From Octopus bimaculoides (lineage: Eukaryota), in the NCBI RefSeq assembly GCF_001194135.2, contig NC_068995.1:13755407-13819406 (forward strand): a DNA stretch of 64,000 bases, written 5' to 3'. Position numbers and translations under genes: made by a program. Positions 58,189 to 64,000 of the stretch are shown piece after piece; position 1 is the first letter of the stretch, and each line of letters opens with the position of its first letter. The notes beneath the pieces are model-generated. The model saw only the letters and a list, made by a program, of their open reading frames with translations. It was not told the origin of the DNA and made no database searches.

Positions 58189-61100
58189 CTGTTTATGTAT
58201 AAAATCTTGTGTTCAGTTTTAATTTAGGCTAACATTAATATTATCAATCTCAAACAATCGCACGCATACATACAGACCAAGAAGACAACGTTTTCTGTAC
58301 GTATATTGTCATTGTTTACAAATAAATCGTTTCATTGATATCTGTATATTCAGTTTATGTACGTAAATTGGAGAGGAGTGGCTTGATCGCATTTATTTCA
58401 AGATTATACTATTGACATACGTATAGCGATAAACATCACACACACACACACACACACACACGTTTTCGACAGTGCAAAAATAGAAAATATGAACTAATAA
58501 CACTCACATAGGCATACACACATCGAGATCAATAATAGAAAACAAGTAGTACACACACACACACACACACATATATTTACACGTACACACCCACACACAA
58601 TGCAATCAATATTCGGTGACAAGTGGCATACATGCACACACACGTATATATATATATATATATATATATNNNNNNNNNNNNNNNNNNNNNNNNNNNNNNN
58701 NNNNNNNNNNNNNNNNNNNNNNNNNNNNNNNNNNNNNNNNNNNNNNNNNNNNNNNNNNNNNNNNNNNNNNNNNNNNNNNNNNNNNNNNNNNNNNNNNNNN
58801 NNNNNNNNNNNNNNNNNNNNNNNNNNNNNNNNNNNNNNNNNNNNNNNNNNNNNNNNNNNNNNNNNNNNNNNNNNNNNNNNNNNNNNNNNNNNNNNNNNNN
58901 NNNNNNNNNNNNNNNNNNNNNNNNNNNNNNNNNNNNNNNNNNNNNNNNNNNNNNNNNNNNNNNNNNNNNNNNNNNNNNNNNNNNNNNNNNNNNNNNNNNN
59001 NNNNNNNNNNNNNNNNNNNNNNNNNNNNNNNNNNNNNNNNNNNNNNNNNNNNNNNNNNNNNNNNNNNNNNNNNNNNNNNNNNNNNNCCTGGTGAACCATG
59101 CGACAATTCTTCGATTCTGTGTAGAGGATAACTTACCGATGTCGCTTATGTCTGTCTCTAAGAAAAGGTCAAACCGCCCACAGACCCATTTCTCTTGCCA
59201 TATGTAAAGTAAGCTTGAGATCTGATGCCCTCAAAACGTCTATGTATATATTTATATTAGTGTTTGTTGTTTAGGTGTTTGTCTGCGGTTTGTTTACTGA
59301 TAATGCAATACTTTAAACTATTTTTGGTATTTCATCCAAAATTGTTTGAGCTGCTTGTCAGTGTTTTTTTTTTTTTTTTAAGGCATACTGACATTTTATT
59401 AGGTTCTTGGAATTCTGATCCCTGCATTTCATTAAAATGGCTCATGCTGGCTGACATTCCAGACTTCACTAATAACATAAAAGCATAAAATTTTGTATTT
59501 TTAGTACCTTGTTTTTATGCTTTTAAAATGTGTATCTGAATCATTATTATTATCATTATTATTAATCCTTTCTACTATAGGCACAAGGCCTGAAAATTTG
59601 GCAGGGAGGGGATTAGTCGATTATATCAACCCCAGTGTTCGACTGGTACTGATTATACCAGCAGTGAAAGAATGAAAGGCAAGGTCGTCTTCAGTGGAAC
59701 TTGAACTCAGAATGTAAAGATGAACGAAATGCTGTTAAGCATCTTGTCAACGATTCTACCATAAGCACAAAGCCTGAAATTTGATGGGGGAGGGAAAGTT
59801 GATTACATTGATGCTAATGCTGAACTGGTACTTTTTTCATCAACCACAAAAGGATGAAAGGCAACATCGACCTTGGTGGGATTTGAACTCGGAACATAAA
59901 GACAGATGACATACCACTAAACATTTTATCTGGGGTGCTTACGATTCTGCCAGCTTGCTGCCTAATGATTGCTTTTATATAAACTGGAACGGTCGTTGTA
60001 GATTGCTGGTCATTAGAACATTGGATAAAGTTCCTTGCAGTATTTATTTCAATGGTCTGTGCTCTGAGTTCAAATACTGCCAAGGTTAAATTTGCTTTCC
60101 ATTTTTTTCCTGGTGGGGTGGTGGTGGTTAATTTAAAAAGAAAAAAAAATACCAATTCAGATTGTCCTGTAAGAATCTCAAACAGGATTACCTGTGGTAT
60201 TTGTCCTGGCTGGGTCCCTTTTAGCAGATTCCATTCTGTTGCTAGCATTCAGGTCAGTTGTCTGATTTCATGATCCCTTTCCCACCTCTCTCTCTCTCCT
60301 CCCAACCAGTCTTGGAGACCCTGTAATGGATCATGGGCACCATCATTCCACCTGAATAAATGATAAAGGGAGGAAAAAAATCTGTTGATTTCTAAAATAG
60401 CACCTTAAGCATTTTCTGCTAGAAATCTTTCCTTTTTTGTTTCAGTCATTGGACTACGGCCATGCTGGGGCACTGCCTTGAAGGGTTTTAGTCAGACAGA
60501 TCGAACCCTGCCCACCAGTAATTTTCTTTTTCTTAGTCTGATACTTACTCCATCATTCTCTTTTGCCAAACCAAATAATGAAGACATAAACCAAAATCTG
60601 TGAGTCGTGGACAAACAGGGGCATAAAGACATAAACACGTGTGATGGGCTACCACACGGTTTCCATGTCCCAAATTCACTCACAAGGCATTGGTCAGTCT
60701 AGGGTTACAATAGAAGACATTTGCCAGAGGTGCTGCATAGTGGGAGTGAACTAAAAACCATGTGGCATGCAAAGAAGCTTGCACATGACCATTCCTGTGG
60801 CTATGAATGCATTGCAAGATCACCACAATCTCAACTAACTATATATATACCATACATTGAGTTTTACTATTGAAACTAATCTGTTTTTTTTTCTCTCTTG
60901 GAAGAACCAACTCTCTAAATGTTGAACTGTTTCTCTTCTTCCTTACAGTGAAAAATTAATAACCCTGTTTAGTTTTAACTTTTTTTCTTTTCTTTCCTGA
61001 TACTTCCTTGGATATTTTATAAACTCACACAACTCCCAGCTTATCGACATCAATTGCTGTTGTTGTTGTTTAGCTCTAAGTTGTCTTTGATCAAGCAGAC

Positions 61101-61269
61101 ATCTGATTAAAAGTATTGAAGCTGTTTATTTCTGCCATGGTTGTATGGTTAAGAAATTTGCTCCCCAACCACATGAGTTTGAGTTCAGTCTTAGGCAAGT
61201 GTCTTCTTCTCTAACCCCTAGCTGACCAAAGCTTTGTAAGTGGATTTGGTAAGCAGAAACTGTAAGAAA

Positions 61270-61473
61270 GGCGGGGAGCTGGCAGAGACATTAGCATGCC
61301 AGGCGAAATGCTTAGCAGTATTTTGTCTGCCGTTATGTTCTCAGTTCAGATTCTGCCGAGGTTGATAAATTAAGTACCAGTTATGCACTGGGGTCGATGT
61401 AATCGACTTAATCCCTTTGTCTGTCCTTGTTTGTCCCCTCTGTGTGTAGCCCCTTGTGGGCAGTAAAGAAATA
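61270..61473 (+). mobile_element. SINE family F inserted in a family-A SINE, with 15-bp TSD
   Basis: TSD agaaactgtaagaaa at 61255-69 and 61474-88. Related copies at about 27848-28070, 48064-48223, 21770-21990(-) and 59564-59990(-, two). Confidence 0.8.
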
Positions 61474-62079
61474 AGAAACTGTAAGAAACCCGTCTTGTCC
61501 GTTTGTCTCTTTGTTTTGACATCACATTATAGTAGTAAGTGAACATCACTGTCCTACAAGCTGTGTCGTTCATTTCCATGTAAACATATCCCACCAAGGG
61601 GACACTTGGAAATAGATGAAGGTTGGTGACTGGAAAGGTATCTAGCCATAAAAAGATCTACCTCAACGAATTTCATCTGACTCTTGCAAACATGGAGAAG
61701 TGGACATTAAAATTATGATTGTGTATCTGAGACTACATTATCCATTGTGTCCCTTTCTTTTGAGACGATAGACTTTAGTTTGAAGACTTGGCTGCTATAT
61801 CTACCAGTTTGAATGATCATAGAGGTGACCTCATTGGCTGAGGTGAATTGATAATTCATTGCTGTGATACAAAGACTGGGCACCCGTTCTCATTAGGGAC
61901 CATTCCACTGATGTTCCTAGAAAGGCATGCATATCACTTCTTTGTGTTTGTCTTCCCAAAATGCCTCATTGTATGTGTGCGACAGATAATTAAGGCTGAA
62001 TTAGCTAACCCTATCTGTTGGGCATAGTACTTCAGAAAAAATGTCTACACACGCACACACGCACACGCACACACACACA

Positions 62080-62114
<35 letters not shown>

Positions 62115-64000
62115 TTAAATGGTTTGATGTTATTTACATTGACATATAAAATTCAAACCTAACATGGAACAGTGTCATGATTCTTTGTGCACACACACAC
62201 ACATATATATATTATGACACACACATATATATATTATCACACACACACACTAACATATTGTGACACACACACACGAACATATTGTGACACACACACACGA
62301 ACATATATTATGACACACCCACACACATGAAAATATATATACTCAACACATATATTCCAGACACACATATACCCCACATAGATATACTCCCCCATATATA
62401 CATACTCATGCATGCAAACAGGCATACGCCCACACACACACACACACGTATATGCATGTAAACACATCCATTTCAAAGTAAGTACGTTACAAATTTTAAC
62501 CTATTTGACCAGAAACATCAAACAAAACGATGAATTTTACTGCAGATTTGTTTTATTTTAACCATACCCCCACTACGTTGCGGAATGGGGAGTGGGGGAG
62601 TGCTATTGCTTTTTCACTCCACTCACTCTCCACCCATCAAACTGCAGGATAGAGATGTCTGCTCTGGGTTAATATTGTAAATGTTCAGCTTGAATTCTTT
62701 TGGTCAAATGTCTTTGGTAGCTTTGAGGAGAAAGTGATACAAAGTAAAACTGATTGGTGGAAGAGAGTTGACATGGTAGGATTGATGGTTATTTAACCTT
62801 AGATCAGCCCAGATTGAGTAGAATTAAGATCAAAAACTATCCAGCAATGACCCTCCTATCTTATTGTATCACACTACTATAACAAGACACCTCTTTCTTA
62901 CTTTAACCTCTCTACTCTTTGGTACAATGCCACTTCCTTCAATACTGCACCTGTACTGTGAAGGGGTCTTGCATGTTACTTGGTGACCCAACTTGTGCTG
63001 GTGTCACAAAAAGAAAAAAAGCACCATACTTGAATGTGGTTAATGTTAAGAAGGGCATCTAGCCATAGAAACCTATCTTAAGCAGGCATTGAAGACCAAC
63101 ATGGCCTTCAGGCGAGTCTTATCCTGTCAGACCATAAAACCCATGTCAGTATGGAACATAAATATTAAACTTAGGACGATAGCTATGATTTAAAGTAAAT
63201 TTGGCTTCTCTTTTCTGTAGGTCAAGTGACTGCATGGAAGCTCTTCTGTTTGATTGTAAAATAGGCTTGAAATGGAGGTAACATACATTTGACAGCTTAG
63301 GAAGAACAGAGGTCATCATAACAACAGTATAAGGGAGTGGAAAGGCTTGCAACTTGATGATGGGCTTTTGTACTCAGTCACTTAAGTTGCTAGAAGTAGC
63401 AACCAAATGCCCCTCAAATCACAACATGCTATCTTTAAAAAAAAAACCAAAACAGAAGGACACATTGGATAATGTAATCCTGGATATAGGAAGAGGAACA
63501 GAATTTCTTAGCTCAAAGCTTTGCTCAATCCTAGGCTATAAACAACTGCTAACATATTGATATATTGTTATTGTTTTCTCCCCACCTCTGCTTGTTTTTG
63601 TCATTGCTGTGATGGTTCTGGTTTCTCTGAACTGGCAAGATAAAGATCACATCCATCCAATACTAAAAGAGCTATTTGTTTTTCCTCCTCCCATTAACTT
63701 CCGTACCTATCTGACCTCAAATTGGTATGCTAACTAAATACTTCACCCAGTTTCTTTCCTCCCTAGATTTGCAACTCTCTGGAATTCCCCCTCAGCTTTC
63801 ACTTTCCCTGTCATCCATCAAGGACAGCTCTATCAAGCTGCTTGGTATGTTAGAAGTAGCAGCCAAATTTCCCTCTTATCATAACTTGCCAACTTAAAAA
63901 AAAAGTGAACATTGTTTTTAGTGTTGTTTTTGATACATAGTTTGGATATATAGGAAGAAGGGATAGTCATGGATGGAAGGATACTCATTCATTCACTTGA

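Noticed and set aside
57113-59207. Long ORFs of 164-331 aa in the ORF track (also 1920-2234 and 18296-18666)
   Set aside because: They are open only because they cross N runs and (TA)n/(CA)n repeats.
1-64000. CRISPR arrays, prokaryotic operons or defence systems, rRNA genes
   Set aside because: The DNA is eukaryotic and intron-rich. There are no regularly spaced repeat-spacer arrays, no dense ORFs and no rRNA-like sequence.

Overview
AT-rich, repeat- and microsatellite-dense animal DNA with five N-gaps. The SINE/MITE repertoire looks like an octopus (coleoid cephalopod) genome; this is inferred from my recognition of the repeats, not from a search. One protein-coding gene is well supported: the 5' part of a DENND6A/B (FAM116) orthologue on the minus strand. 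Its five coding exons (54556-54398, 37365-37327, 14228-14186, 8218-8109, 7164-7084) have GT-AG boundaries and splice into one open 144-codon frame. Exon 6 onward was not found and probably lies left of position 1. The introns (17.0, 23.1, 6.0, 0.9 and >7 kb) hold tRNA-derived SINEs, RTE and CR1 LINE relics, a Gypsy pol relic, piggyBac-, hAT- and Tc1/mariner-type MITEs and two Penelope-like insertions. Main highlights: (1) a 5'-truncated Penelope-like element with 59-bp inverted ends and a minimal type I hammerhead ribozyme motif with an unusually long helix II (40220-40301); (2) a fold-back Penelope fragment cut at its hammerhead core; (3) a 283-bp local duplication giving an internal filled/empty-site pair for a young retro-insertion; (4) a 95-bp locally templated insertion into a SINE; (5) a CpG-retaining domain around a probable bidirectional promoter at about 54.6-55.1 kb. 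No CRISPR array, rRNA or genuine tRNA gene was seen. Almost all ORF-track entries are microsatellite, repeat or N-run artefacts. All alignments and counts were done by eye.
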